Shown here: in pieces, positions 29,664 through 39,801 of the stretch
How positions within the stretch are numbered: position 1 is the stretch's first letter
Layout: the number at the start of each line of letters is the position of its first letter
Origin: Bdellovibrio sp.
GTDB taxonomy: Bacteria > Bdellovibrionota > Bdellovibrionia > Bdellovibrionales > Bdellovibrionaceae
Assembly (NCBI GenBank): GCA_036676395.1
Contig: JAKFCY010000002.1
Coordinates: 1,920,001 to 1,984,000 of the forward strand
Reading direction: 5' to 3'
DNA: 64,000 nt
The notes under the pieces: model-generated
What the model saw: only the letters and a program-made list of their open reading frames with translations
What the model was told of the DNA's origin: nothing
The model's database searches: none
Position numbers and translations under genes: made by a program

Positions 29664-32033
29664 CTAGAACGGAGGACCAATCGAGAACTCAAAGTTAACT
29701 GAGTCGCCGTTGAATTCATCCGTTTGCAATGGCCAACCCCACTCGAAGCGTAAAATTCCAAGAGGCGACTTCCATCTAAAACCCATACCAATATCACTTA
29801 AAAATTTTGATGAGTTAATATCATCTTCAGCCTGACCAATATCATAGAAACCCACACCACTTAGCCCAGCTTCTTTAATTAACGGAAACTGTAATTCAGT
29901 TTGGAATAAAATTTGTTTCGTACCACCGACAATCAAATTAGCGGCTTTACGACGGTCTTCTTCAGAAATTCCTGGGCGGTGGAATGGCGATCCACTGGTT
30001 CCGATGGCATCATAGCGAGCCTGTGAAAACACACGTTTACCAACGCCAGAAGAGCCGAAACCACGTAATGTGTACGGACCACCTAATTGATAAGTTTCAC
30101 TGAATGGAACTGACCCGCCCTCTTCGATCGGTTGAATGTTTGAGTAAGAAATATTATTTCTCCAAACAACATCCCAGAATAAATTATGAAAAAACTTAAA
30201 ACGGCCTGAAAATTCTTGGTATTTTAAATCCCCGCCAAAACCTGTGCGTTCATAACTGATATCTGTGTAGATACCTTTAGACGGCTCTTGACGGTCATTA
30301 CGATTATCAAATTCTAATGTGCCTTGCATAGCCGATGTGATTCCGCGGGCTGTGTCTAACGGGAAGATCAATGGATCTGTGTTTTCATTTTCAAAAAGCT
30401 CTGTTTTATCTAAACGGTATCTTAAGTAGGCACGCGTGTAATCACCATACACGGGATGACCGAAACGTAAATTTCCACCGGTTTTACGAATATCGTAATT
30501 AATTCTGGCTTTATTTTCAATGTAAAATACATCAAAGCCTGAAGACCATTTTGTATCTAAAAAATATGGATCTGTAAGACCTAATTTGTAATCCTGACGG
30601 TTTTTAGAGGCATCAATCCGCGCTTCTAACGATTGGCCCAAACCACGAAAATTGTTCTGCTGAACTGATCCACCTAAGCTGAAACCTTGCGTATTACCGT
30701 AAGCTGCCGTTAATTGAATTTGCCCGGTGTTACGCTCTTTTACCACAACTTCGATGTTTAACTGATCTGGTTTTTCAGGAGGTGTGCTTGTTTTAAAGTT
30801 TACTTCTTCAAAGAAGCCTAAACGCTGAATGTTTTCTTGTGATAGGCGTTTGCGGGTTTCATTGTAAAGCTCGCCCTCTTCGATTTTTAATTCGCGGCGA
30901 ACAACCTTATCGCGAGTTTTTGAATTTCCGGTAACAATGATATCACCGAAGTAAACCTTGTTACCTTTTTCGAATTCAAACACTAAATCGACTTTTTTAT
31001 CTGAATCACGAAAATTATAACGTGGAATTACGTTGGCAAAAGCATAACCAAGATCGCCGTATTTCGCCTGAAGGTCGGTGATATCTTTACGCATCACTTC
31101 GACAGAAAAAATGCCGTTATCTTTGATTTTTACCGCATCGTAAAGTTCAGATTTTGGAAACAATAAGTCTCCGGCGAAATCAACTTCACCGACGTAGTAC
31201 TGCTCACCCTCAGAAATGTGGTAAGTGATGTAGATTGATTTTTTATCCGGAGTTACTGTCACTAGCGGGCGGTCGATCTTAACCTGTAAAAAACCTTGGT
31301 TCCAGTAGATGTACTTTAAAACCTGCAAGTCTTGGTCAAAGGCTTCTTGTTTGAAAGAGCCTGAGTTAGACATGCCTGAGAAAAAACCTGCTTCTTTAGT
31401 GAATAAGCGTTCTTTTAACTGGTTATCTTTTAAAATCTTATTGCCGATAAAAGTCATTTTTTTAACTTTTACTTTATCATTTTCAGTAATCACAAATTTA
31501 ACACGCACGGTTTCACCGGCTGTTACGTCTTCGATCACGGGTTCGATTTTAACCAGGTAATAACCTTTTTCTTCGTAATATTTTAATAACTTTTCAACCG
31601 CTGATTGAATTTTTGCATTATTAACAACTTCAAAAGCTTTTAAGCCTGACTGCGTTTCTAAGTCTTCAGATTTAATTTCTGATTGGCCCTCAAAAACGAT
31701 TTCAGCCACGATTGGTTTTTCGATAATTTTGTAAACTAGTTTCAAACCTTTAGCTGTGTTTTCTTTTAAAACTTCAACCTGAATAAAATAAGTCATCGCA
31801 AATAAATTTTGAATGTCTTGTTTTACGTTTTGTGGATCAAAAGATGAACCTACTTTAGAAACTAGTTTTGCTAAAACTGCATCTTTTTCGATTTTTTTAA
31901 GACCTTGGATTTCGATTTCAGCAACTGCTGGTTTGCTTGTCTGCGACGAGGCAACCTGAGCCATAAAAATGCCCGTGGTGAAAATCATGATAGAGAATAA
32001 AAAGCTCAGTTGTTTTAATAAGTTATTTAACAC
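29664..32033 (-). CDS. bamA: Outer membrane protein assembly factor BamA
   Basis: POTRA repeats (GNSKTRDKVVRRE), LRGF, SPLG.LRF and C-terminal F. Confidence 0.97.
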   Translation of the reverse strand: MLNNLLKQLSFLFSIMIFTTGIFMAQVASSQTSKPAVAEIEIQGLKKIEKDAVLAKLVSKVGSSFDPQNVKQDIQNLFAMTYFIQVEVLKENTAKGLKLVYKIIEKPIVAEIVFEGQSEIKSEDLETQSGLKAFEVVNNAKIQSAVEKLLKYYEEKGYYLVKIEPVIEDVTAGETVRVKFVITENDKVKVKKMTFIGNKILKDNQLKERLFTKEAGFFSGMSNSGSFKQEAFDQDLQVLKYIYWNQGFLQVKIDRPLVTVTPDKKSIYITYHISEGEQYYVGEVDFAGDLLFPKSELYDAVKIKDNGIFSVEVMRKDITDLQAKYGDLGYAFANVIPRYNFRDSDKKVDLVFEFEKGNKVYFGDIIVTGNSKTRDKVVRRELKIEEGELYNETRKRLSQENIQRLGFFEEVNFKTSTPPEKPDQLNIEVVVKERNTGQIQLTAAYGNTQGFSLGGSVQQNNFRGLGQSLEARIDASKNRQDYKLGLTDPYFLDTKWSSGFDVFYIENKARINYDIRKTGGNLRFGHPVYGDYTRAYLRYRLDKTELFENENTDPLIFPLDTARGITSAMQGTLEFDNRNDRQEPSKGIYTDISYERTGFGGDLKYQEFSGRFKFFHNLFWDVVWRNNISYSNIQPIEEGGSVPFSETYQLGGPYTLRGFGSSGVGKRVFSQARYDAIGTSGSPFHRPGISEEDRRKAANLIVGGTKQILFQTELQFPLIKEAGLSGVGFYDIGQAEDDINSSKFLSDIGMGFRWKSPLGILRFEWGWPLQTDEFNGDSVNFEFSIGPPF

Positions 32034-32053
32034 CTAAAAAGGCTAGCTAGACT

Positions 32054-32722
32054 TTAGTTTGATGTCAAATAGCCATCTTTCATTCGGTAGATTTTCGAAA
32101 ACGCCTGCGCAAATTGCAGGTCATGAGTTACGACGATCAAAGTCAATCCGAGCTTTTTTTGCAACTCAAAGAATAGGGTCTGAATCTTCGCCGAATTTTC
32201 TGAATCTAAATTACCTGTAGGCTCATCTGCCAACAAAATGCGCGGATTACGAATCAACGCCCTAGCAATAGCTACTCTTTGCAGCTCTCCACCACTTAAT
32301 TGGTTCGGATAATGGCTGGCGCGATCTGCTAAGCCCATAAACTCAAGCCATTCTATGGCTTTTTGTTTCGTCTCTTCACGCGGAAGTTTTGCCAATAAGC
32401 CTGGCAACATGACGTTTTCTAATGCACTTAATTCATGAATGAGATGATGAAATTGAAATACAAACCCCATTGTCTCGTTGCGAAATAAAGCCAACTGATC
32501 ATCGTTTTTTTCAAACAATGAAGCCCCTTCAAAAAGCACTTCGCCCTCAGTAGGCCGATCTAAGGTTCCTAAAATTTGCAAAAGGGTAGATTTTCCGGCT
32601 CCAGAAGACCCCAATAAACACACCGCTTCGCCAGCCTGAATATTTAAATCCACGCCACGCAAAACTGAAACGTGTGAACTGCCTGTGATATAGTTTTTTC
32701 GTAAACCTTGAACTTGTATCAT
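32054..32722 (-). CDS. lolD: Lipoprotein-releasing ABC ATPase
   Basis: GSSGAGKST, GFVFQFHHL, LSGGE, DEPTGNLD. Confidence 0.93.
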   Translation of the reverse strand: MIQVQGLRKNYITGSSHVSVLRGVDLNIQAGEAVCLLGSSGAGKSTLLQILGTLDRPTEGEVLFEGASLFEKNDDQLALFRNETMGFVFQFHHLIHELSALENVMLPGLLAKLPREETKQKAIEWLEFMGLADRASHYPNQLSGGELQRVAIARALIRNPRILLADEPTGNLDSENSAKIQTLFFELQKKLGLTLIVVTHDLQFAQAFSKIYRMKDGYLTSN

Positions 32723-33948
32723 TAGTCCTCCCGTAATCCTTCAACCACTGTAAGCTGGCTGCCTTTGCGTGCTGGCGGATAAGTCGCCAGTAAACATGCA
32801 AATGTTGTCGCGATAAAAATTAAAAAGAAATCAATCCAGCTTAGTCGAATATCAATGCGATCAATTTTATAAACAGAACCCGAAATCAAAGGGTATTGAG
32901 TCTGTAAAAACATAAACCCCTGCGACAATAAATATCCGGTTATAAAGCCAAACAAACAACCCAGACAAGCCACCAATAGGCCCTGCATGACAAAAATAAT
33001 TTGAATGTTTTTTTGCGTAGACCCGAGAGCTTTTAGAATAGCAATATCTTGATAACGCTGGCGAATTAACACATACAGCGTGCTTGAGATATTAAATGCG
33101 GCGACAATCACAATCAAAAACACGACAAAAAAGATAACAACACTTTCGTATTTAACCGCTTTGAATAGGTTTTTGTTCACTTCATACCAATTTAAAACTG
33201 CATAACGCGAACCTAATTCATTTTCTATTTTCTGCGATAGCTCAGGAGCTTTATCAGAGTCTTCGATTTTAACAAAAGCTCCTGTATAACGATCCCCTAT
33301 TTGGGTAAGAGCTTGAAAATCTGGTAAATGCGATAGAATAAGACGTTCGTTCCAGTCATTTTTACCAAAATCTAAAATCGCTGAAATTTTAAAAGATTTA
33401 GCCTGACGTTTAAAATTGTCGTCTTCAAAAGGTGTCGCTAATGACACAGCCAAATAAACTTCATCATTAATTTTCAAACCATAACGTTTGGCTAAACCTT
33501 GGCCAATGGCGATTGTTTCTAAGGGCGACTGCAAACTGCCTTCGCGCACTCGTGATTTTAAGTTTAAAATTTCGCTCACTTGCTCAAAGTCAAAACCCTG
33601 GATCAGCACCCCTGAAACTTTTCCTTTAGAGGCGATCACCGCTTCAGTGTATGCAAAACGAGCGATTTTTTGAATACTTGGATCTATTTTTTGAATGTCT
33701 GCAGCAAATTCATCCCAGCTTTCAATCAACTTACCTTTTTTGATAATTTGAATATCACTAGTCACATCAATCATCGCCTGCTTGAGTGAGCTTTCAAAAC
33801 CACGCATCACCGACATACTTGCAACTAGAGCTGCAACACCGAGCACTAAACCTAAAAATGACAATGGTGCAGAACCACCGAATAAAATCTGTTTATTAAA
33901 TAATAAACGTCCCGATAGCCAAAATTTAAATTTCAAATCATTATACAT
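32722..33948 (-). CDS. lolC: Lipoprotein-releasing ABC permease LolC/E
   Basis: GVAALV..SVM.GF, VAAFNI, IAILKALG. Adjacent to lolD. Confidence 0.9.
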   Translation of the reverse strand: MYNDLKFKFWLSGRLLFNKQILFGGSAPLSFLGLVLGVAALVASMSVMRGFESSLKQAMIDVTSDIQIIKKGKLIESWDEFAADIQKIDPSIQKIARFAYTEAVIASKGKVSGVLIQGFDFEQVSEILNLKSRVREGSLQSPLETIAIGQGLAKRYGLKINDEVYLAVSLATPFEDDNFKRQAKSFKISAILDFGKNDWNERLILSHLPDFQALTQIGDRYTGAFVKIEDSDKAPELSQKIENELGSRYAVLNWYEVNKNLFKAVKYESVVIFFVVFLIVIVAAFNISSTLYVLIRQRYQDIAILKALGSTQKNIQIIFVMQGLLVACLGCLFGFITGYLLSQGFMFLQTQYPLISGSVYKIDRIDIRLSWIDFFLIFIATTFACLLATYPPARKGSQLTVVEGLRED

Positions 33949-33965
33949 GAGAACCGCTTTCAGCG

Positions 33966-35118
33966 TTATACATCGGTGTCAGCCTCAGCGACTTGCCCCA
34001 ATGTTCCGTGAATCTGGGCTTTTAAATACGCCATAATAAAATCTGAGAATTCACCATTCATCACGTTGTTCACTTGATTTGTGCTGTAACCCGTGCGGTG
34101 ATCTTTGACTAACTGATAGGGATGCATCACATAAGATCTGATTTGCGAACCCCACTCGTTAGCTTTTTTTGTAGAGTTCATCGCATCTTTTTCTTTATTT
34201 CTTTTTTCGACTTCTTTTTCGTAAAGAGCTGCTTTTAACATCTTCATGGCTTTTTCACGATTTTGAACTTGTGAACGCTGCTGCTGTGAAGCAACAACAA
34301 TGCCTGAAGGTCTATGGCGAATACGTACGGCAGAATCTGTTTTATTCACGTGCTGACCACCCGCGCCGCTTGAACGATAAGTTTCGACATCGATGTCATC
34401 GGTTTTAACTTCAATTTGAATATCATCGTCGACTTCGGCCCAAACAAACACTGAAGCAAACGAAGTGTGGCGTCGGGCATTCGAATCAAACGGAGAAATA
34501 CGCACTAATCGATGCACGCCGGATTCAGCTTTTAGATAACCATAGGCATATTCACCAGAAATTAAAAGTGTGCAAGATTTAATACCTGCACCTTCGCCGT
34601 CGGTCATATCTAAAATTTCACATTTATAACCCTGTTTTTCGGCATAGCGTGTGTACATGCGCAGGAGCATCTCGGCCCAGTCACAGCTCTCAGTACCACC
34701 CGCACCAGAGTTAATTGATAAATACGTGTTATTTGCATCAAGCTCGCCGCTTAATACTTTTTGTAATTCTAATTGTTCGCCGATTTTTTGAACGGCATTT
34801 AGTTCTGCTTTAACTTCTTTAAATGAAGCTTCATCGTGGGCATCAACGGCCATCTCTAAAAGCACTTTGGCATCAGCAAAACGATTAGAAAATTGATTCC
34901 ATTCGGCGAAGGCCCGCTCTAAGAGAGTTTTTTCTTTATTGTGTTTTTGCATTTCGGCAGGCTTGTTCCAAAGTTCTGGATTTTCTGCCGCCATCGCTAA
35001 TTCTTCGAGGCGTTTTTTCTTGCGATCAAGGTCAAAGATACCCCCGAAGCTCTACAGAAAACTGATCCAGTTCTGTAATTTGTTTTTTAACTTCAGATAA
35101 TTCAGTAACTATTGACAT
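33966..35118 (-). CDS. prfB: Peptide chain release factor 2 (programmed +1 frameshift after codon 28)
   Basis: SPF and GGQ motifs. A 28-codon upstream frame MSIVTELSEVKKQITELDQFSVELRGYL ends at CTT-TGA-C and continues as DLDRKKKRLEELAMAAENP in the +1 frame. Confidence 0.97.
35031..35046 (-). promoter_or_regulatory. prfB +1 frameshift signal
   Basis: Minus strand reads CGGGGG-TAT-CTT-TGA-C: internal SD-like sequence plus slippery site. Confidence 0.95.
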
Positions 35119-35142
35119 AACCCTAGAGTCTAGATTGATTTT

Positions 35143-35583
35143 TTAAGCTGTCAACTGCTCGAATAATGCATCTTGAATGCGAAACATCAACTTTTCTTCG
35201 GCTTTAGATAATTCATGATCGTACCCCAACAAATGCAAAACGCCATGAATCAACATGTAAAGAAATTCATTTTCTAAGGGATGTCCTTGCTCTTTCGCTT
35301 GTTTTTTTAGCACATCGAGACAAAAAAGGAGCTCTCCCAGAGAGTCGGTTTCCATTGAAGCAAAACTCAAAACATCTGTTGGCTTATTTTTACCGCGAAA
35401 TTGTTTATTTATTTTTTTCATTTCAGCAGCATCCAGAAAAACTAAAGTCAAAGTCTTAGCCCTCAATTGTTTTTGATTGCGCACCTTGGTTTTGCCAAGA
35501 CCATGCACAACCGCATCAAGCCAAGCCTGAATTTTCTTTTGATGCGTTCTACTTTTTGACTGATTGACAACCTGAGCTTTCAT
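35143..35583 (-). CDS. ybeY: rRNA maturation endoribonuclease YbeY
   Basis: N..FRGK.KPTDVLSF and HGVLHLLGYDH. Confidence 0.96.
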   Translation of the reverse strand: MKAQVVNQSKSRTHQKKIQAWLDAVVHGLGKTKVRNQKQLRAKTLTLVFLDAAEMKKINKQFRGKNKPTDVLSFASMETDSLGELLFCLDVLKKQAKEQGHPLENEFLYMLIHGVLHLLGYDHELSKAEEKLMFRIQDALFEQLTA

Positions 35584-35598
35584 ATTTTCAAATACAGC

Positions 35599-36396
35599 AT
35601 GCCAACTCCTCCAAAAAATCTCAATGAATTTTCAAGCTTACTTCAACTTATGCGCGATTTACGCGGGCCAGATGGCTGCCCGTGGGATAAAGAGCAGACG
35701 CATCTATCACTTGCCCCCTATGCCATTGAAGAAACCTTCGAAATGGTTGAAGCCCTAGAAAAACAAGATGATGCTGAATTTTGCGAAGAATTAGGCGATG
35801 TGCTTTTTCAGGTGGTCTTACATGCTCAACTTGCGACTGAGCGAAAAGCCTTTGATATTGCCGATGTGATCACTTCGATTTCTGAAAAGCTTGTGCGCCG
35901 ACATCCGCATGTTTTTTCAGAAGTTAAAGTCAGCGGCTCTGAAGAAGTGATTAAAAACTGGAACGACATCAAAGCGCAAGAAAAAGCTGGTAAAATAAAG
36001 CCGGTATTTAGCTTACCTAAAGGACTTCCAGCTTTACCAACGGCTGAAAAAATCGGAAGTAAAACTGAAAAATTAAAATTTGACTGGTCAGAAGCAAAAC
36101 AAGTTCTGGCGCAATTAAAAGCTGAAATTACTGAACTAGAAGAAGAGATGAACCGTGCTGAAACCGACACTGGATCGCTAGATCACGAAATGGGTGATGT
36201 TTTATTTTCGGCAGCACAGCTTGCGCGCCACTTAAAATTAGATGCTGAAAGCTCTCTGCGCAGAACCAATTTGCGTTTTCAAAAACGTTTTAACCAAATG
36301 CTTTCGTATTGCGAAAATGATGTCGATAAATTCACAGCATTAAGCTCTGAAAACAAAGAACAGCTCTGGATCAGAGCTAAAAAAGAATTGTCCTAG
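35599..36396 (+). CDS. mazG: Nucleoside triphosphate pyrophosphohydrolase MazG
   Basis: LRGPDGCPWD.EQT, EELGDVLFQVV.H, KL.RRHPHVF and a second EMGD domain. Confidence 0.95.
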   Translation: MPTPPKNLNEFSSLLQLMRDLRGPDGCPWDKEQTHLSLAPYAIEETFEMVEALEKQDDAEFCEELGDVLFQVVLHAQLATERKAFDIADVITSISEKLVRRHPHVFSEVKVSGSEEVIKNWNDIKAQEKAGKIKPVFSLPKGLPALPTAEKIGSKTEKLKFDWSEAKQVLAQLKAEITELEEEMNRAETDTGSLDHEMGDVLFSAAQLARHLKLDAESSLRRTNLRFQKRFNQMLSYCENDVDKFTALSSENKEQLWIRAKKELS

Positions 36397-36680
36397 TTAA
36401 AAAATCAAAAAACGTATTTTAATTTTTCTGTCTAATGTTTTTTCGAAAAAACTGACTCTTAATATTATCAAATTCAAGGCAGTGTTATTTTTTACCCATA
36501 CTGTCAAAGAACTTGACGCACAAAAAAATATTTTCGCCTGCAAAAAATATTTTTTTCAAGGTTTTCGCGTATTTAGCGTGTCTCAAAATAGCTCGGCAGT
36601 TTTTATTCACCAGACATAATCAACACTTACGGGCTCGTTCGCCCTTCGTTTAGGGCCATTCTATTCTAATTTCACGGATT

Positions 36681-36707
36681 TAATTATTTTATATCACTGG
36701 ACGATAA
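36681..36707 (+). promoter_or_regulatory. Putative sigma28 (FliA) promoter of the gliding operon
   Basis: TAAT-N15-GACGATAA, 26 nt before ATG 36734, with an AAGGAG RBS in between. Confidence 0.4.
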
Positions 36708-36733
36708 TCTAGTAGCAATACAAGGAGAACAAA

Positions 36734-37837
36734 ATGTTCTTACGACAAACGAAACTGAAGATCGCAGAAAAAATTATGTTAGCCGGCTTAGCAATGACTG
36801 CTGTGGCCTGTGATAAGGGCGCAGGCTCTTTTTCAATTCTTTCTGACAACTCTCAATTCCAACAAGCTGTTACGTTTACTCCACGTAAATTAGACGTGCT
36901 CTTCGTTGTCGACAATTCAGGCTCTATGCTGACTTCACAAAATAACTTAGCAAATAACTTTCCATCTTTTATCGATAAGTTCATTGAGCAAGGATATGAC
37001 TTTCGTATCGCAGTGACGACGACTGATGCTTTCTATGGTGACCAGTTCATCGCTACAGGTTGTTCTTTATGTAACACTGAGCAAACTCGTTTTCGCTCAG
37101 GCGTTAATCCTTCAGTTTATGTTATTGACCGCGCAGATTATGATTTAAGCCTAGCTGGTGAAGAAACCCGCCTGAAGAACGATTTCACTTTAAATGTTAA
37201 AGTAGGAACAAATGGTTCAGGTGATGAACGCGCATTTTCAAGCTTTAAAGCAGCTCTTAGCTCTGGTTTAAATGTGAACTTTCACAGAGCCGATGCTTTC
37301 TTAGCTATCGTTATCGTTTCTGATGAAGAAGATTTTTCTCAAAGCGAATTTACAATGAACGAAAGCTATGCCAATTCAAACATTCACACAGTAGCTTCAT
37401 ATAAATCTTTCTTAGACAGCTTCACTGGTGGTAATGCTTCTGAAGATTACTCAGTGTCTGCGATATCAATTTCGGATCAAGCTTGCCGCGATACTTTAGC
37501 CGGCGGTTCTGGTGGAGCACAAAAAATTGCTGCTCGTTATAATGAATTAGTTGACTTAACTGGCGGCACTAAGAATTCAATCTGTAGTCCGTTTGACCAA
37601 ACACTTGATAATATCAGTTCTCAGATTATGACCGAATCAAAACCAGTATATACGCTTGATAAAAAACCAATCATCGCTTCTATCCGCGTAGCTGTGGGTG
37701 GTGTGCAAGTTCCGCAAAGCAGCACTGATGGCTGGTCTTACGATGCCGTCGACAACACGATCACGATCAATGGCGCGACTTACAAACCAAGTGCCGGCGC
37801 ACCGATCTCGATCAACTTTGACCCTGATTTAAACTAA
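36734..37837 (+). CDS. VWA/MIDAS lipoprotein adhesin (CglB-like)
   Basis: Lipobox AVAC, MIDAS DNSGS, IAVTTTD and VSDEED. Leads the gliding operon. Confidence 0.8.
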   Translation: MFLRQTKLKIAEKIMLAGLAMTAVACDKGAGSFSILSDNSQFQQAVTFTPRKLDVLFVVDNSGSMLTSQNNLANNFPSFIDKFIEQGYDFRIAVTTTDAFYGDQFIATGCSLCNTEQTRFRSGVNPSVYVIDRADYDLSLAGEETRLKNDFTLNVKVGTNGSGDERAFSSFKAALSSGLNVNFHRADAFLAIVIVSDEEDFSQSEFTMNESYANSNIHTVASYKSFLDSFTGGNASEDYSVSAISISDQACRDTLAGGSGGAQKIAARYNELVDLTGGTKNSICSPFDQTLDNISSQIMTESKPVYTLDKKPIIASIRVAVGGVQVPQSSTDGWSYDAVDNTITINGATYKPSAGAPISINFDPDLN

Positions 37838-37888
37838 TTAAAATAATAAATATAAACGATTTAAAGAATTTAAAAAGATAAAAGGAAA

Positions 37889-38461
37889 ATGAAAATGGCG
37901 ACAACTGAAAATAACTGGTATGTGTTAATGGGCGATCAAAAATACGGACCGTATGAATATAAATCACTAATCAACATGATTCAAACGAACCAGTTGATGG
38001 ATTATAATTATGTCTGGGCGGCTCACTTAGGTTCTTGGACGCAGATTCACCAACTTGAAGAGTTCAGCAAAGATCGTTTTCAAATTTTATTACAGCAGGA
38101 ATCAGAAGTCGTTTCTGCATTCATCAAGCGTGAACACAATCGCCAGGATGTCGATGTTCCCCTATTAGGACACAACCACCAAAGATTCTTTGATGGCCAA
38201 GTTGTCTCAATTTCGAAAGTGGGCGCACTCGTTCTGTTAAACTCGCCTTTGATCCAGGTGGGAGATAAATTAAAACTTCATTTAAAGTCTAATGATGAGA
38301 CAAAAGCATTCAATGTTGAGTGCGAAGTAATCAGAAAAAACTTTTCAAAACAACGACTTAACTCAAAATCTGGCCTCTATTATGCGGTACGTTTTCACGA
38401 TATACAACCAGTGGGAGTGCAAATTATCCAATCATGGTTAAGTGCACCAAAGGCCGCATAA
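37889..38461 (+). CDS. GYF_2 (DUF4339)-PilZ protein
   Basis: WY....KYGPY...L..MI.......VW...L.SW GYF_2 pattern, then REHNR (RxxxR) and SISKVG. Confidence 0.8.
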   Translation: MKMATTENNWYVLMGDQKYGPYEYKSLINMIQTNQLMDYNYVWAAHLGSWTQIHQLEEFSKDRFQILLQQESEVVSAFIKREHNRQDVDVPLLGHNHQRFFDGQVVSISKVGALVLLNSPLIQVGDKLKLHLKSNDETKAFNVECEVIRKNFSKQRLNSKSGLYYAVRFHDIQPVGVQIIQSWLSAPKAA

Positions 38462-38509
38462 CATATTTTTTTAAACGTAATAACAGAAAAAAAATCTCGG
38501 AGGATTTAT

Positions 38510-39226
38510 ATGGAAATTTTAAACTTTATTAGAGAAGCCGGCGTAGTTGGCTGGGTTATTCTAGCAACTGGTGTTGCCGTTGCTGCCCTTGTGGTTGAAC
38601 GTGCCCGTACACTTTACTTTGACTATGGTATGAATGTCGATGCGTTCACAGGCAAAATTCATACATTAGTTTTATCAAAAAAAGTTGATGAAGCTATCGT
38701 CACCTGTGCACAAATGGAAGATAAACCATTAGCACGCGCTTTCAAAACGATCTTAGAAAAAGCTGATCGTGATGATGAGACGATTTTTCAGGCGCAAGAC
38801 ATCGCCATGTCTGAAGCGGTTCCTTTATATACGAAACGTTTACATTACCTTTCAATGTTAGCCAACGTGGCTACTCTGTTAGGTTTATTAGGTACGATTC
38901 ACGGCCTTATCTTATCGTTCCAAGCGGTAGCCCAAGCCGATCCTGCAACTAAGCAAGCGATGTTAGCAAACGGTATCGCGGTATCGATGTATACAACGGC
39001 ACTTGGTCTTGCGGTAGCGATTCCTGCAATGGTTCTTTATTCATTCTTAGTTTCACGTCAGAATGAATTACTAGAGCAATTACAAGAAAAATGCTCGAAA
39101 TTAACTGAAACATTAACTAGCAGCTCAATCCCAGGTCTTAGCAAAAATAATATCTATCCAGATGTTTCAAATGCTCCGACTACGAATACACAAGTTCCTC
39201 CATCGCATTCAACTAAAGCGTCTTAA
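38510..39226 (+). CDS. aglR: MotA/TolQ/ExbB proton channel (AglR-like)
   Basis: ATLLGLLGTI.GLI.SF and GIA..M.TTA.GL.VAIP. Followed by two ExbD-type genes. Confidence 0.88.
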   Translation: MEILNFIREAGVVGWVILATGVAVAALVVERARTLYFDYGMNVDAFTGKIHTLVLSKKVDEAIVTCAQMEDKPLARAFKTILEKADRDDETIFQAQDIAMSEAVPLYTKRLHYLSMLANVATLLGLLGTIHGLILSFQAVAQADPATKQAMLANGIAVSMYTTALGLAVAIPAMVLYSFLVSRQNELLEQLQEKCSKLTETLTSSSIPGLSKNNIYPDVSNAPTTNTQVPPSHSTKAS

Positions 39227-39236
39227 TTAAGACGCT
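39217..39236. repeat. Perfect 20-bp palindrome over the aglR stop codon
   Basis: AGCGTCTTAA|TTAAGACGCT. Confidence 0.85.
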
Positions 39237-39250
39237 AACAGGAGACTTTT

Positions 39251-39799
39251 ATGGGTCGCAGATTTAAATTACTTATCGATCGTAACGCTGAGTTTGAATT
39301 AGACTTAGCGCCGTTACTTGCGGTGATGGTAAAACTTGTGCCAGTTCTATTGTTGTCATCGGCCTTCGTGCAAATGATGATCATTGAAACTGATTTACCG
39401 CAAGTCGTTCAAGAGGCTATTAAAAAACAAGAAGCAGATCCTAATGCTGCGTCAATTTCTGTAGCCGTAACAACAAAAGAAGGTGTTAAAATTACTTTGA
39501 CTGAAAAAGGTAAGGCTCACATTGAAGTTGTCGGATTAGGTCAAGATAAACAGATCGACTACCCTGCTTTACACGCTAAATTTGTTGAACTTAAAAAGAG
39601 CCATCCGGCTATTTTTAAAATCGACATTCAACCAGACGAAGACGTGGCCTACAAAGACGTTGTTAAAGTGATGGATGAAGCTCGCAAAGCCCGCGCTAAA
39701 GATCTTAAATTTCCGGTCAAAGACGAAAAGTCAGGTAAAGAAAGTACTACAGAGTACATGTTTCCTGAAATCGTATTTGGCAATACGATGGATGGTTAA
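39251..39799 (+). CDS. aglQ: ExbD/TolR-family protein (AglQ-like)
   Basis: Single N-terminal TM and periplasmic P...V.Y..VV.VMD..R. Confidence 0.75.
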   Translation: MGRRFKLLIDRNAEFELDLAPLLAVMVKLVPVLLLSSAFVQMMIIETDLPQVVQEAIKKQEADPNAASISVAVTTKEGVKITLTEKGKAHIEVVGLGQDKQIDYPALHAKFVELKKSHPAIFKIDIQPDEDVAYKDVVKVMDEARKARAKDLKFPVKDEKSGKESTTEYMFPEIVFGNTMDG

Positions 39800-39801
39800 T
39801 T

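Noticed and set aside
33966..35118. prfB as a truncated gene or pseudogene
   Set aside because: The canonical CTT-TGA-C frameshift signal explains the break
36645..36670. Possible sigma54 promoter (GGGCCATTCTATTCT)
   Set aside because: Lacks the conserved -12 GC
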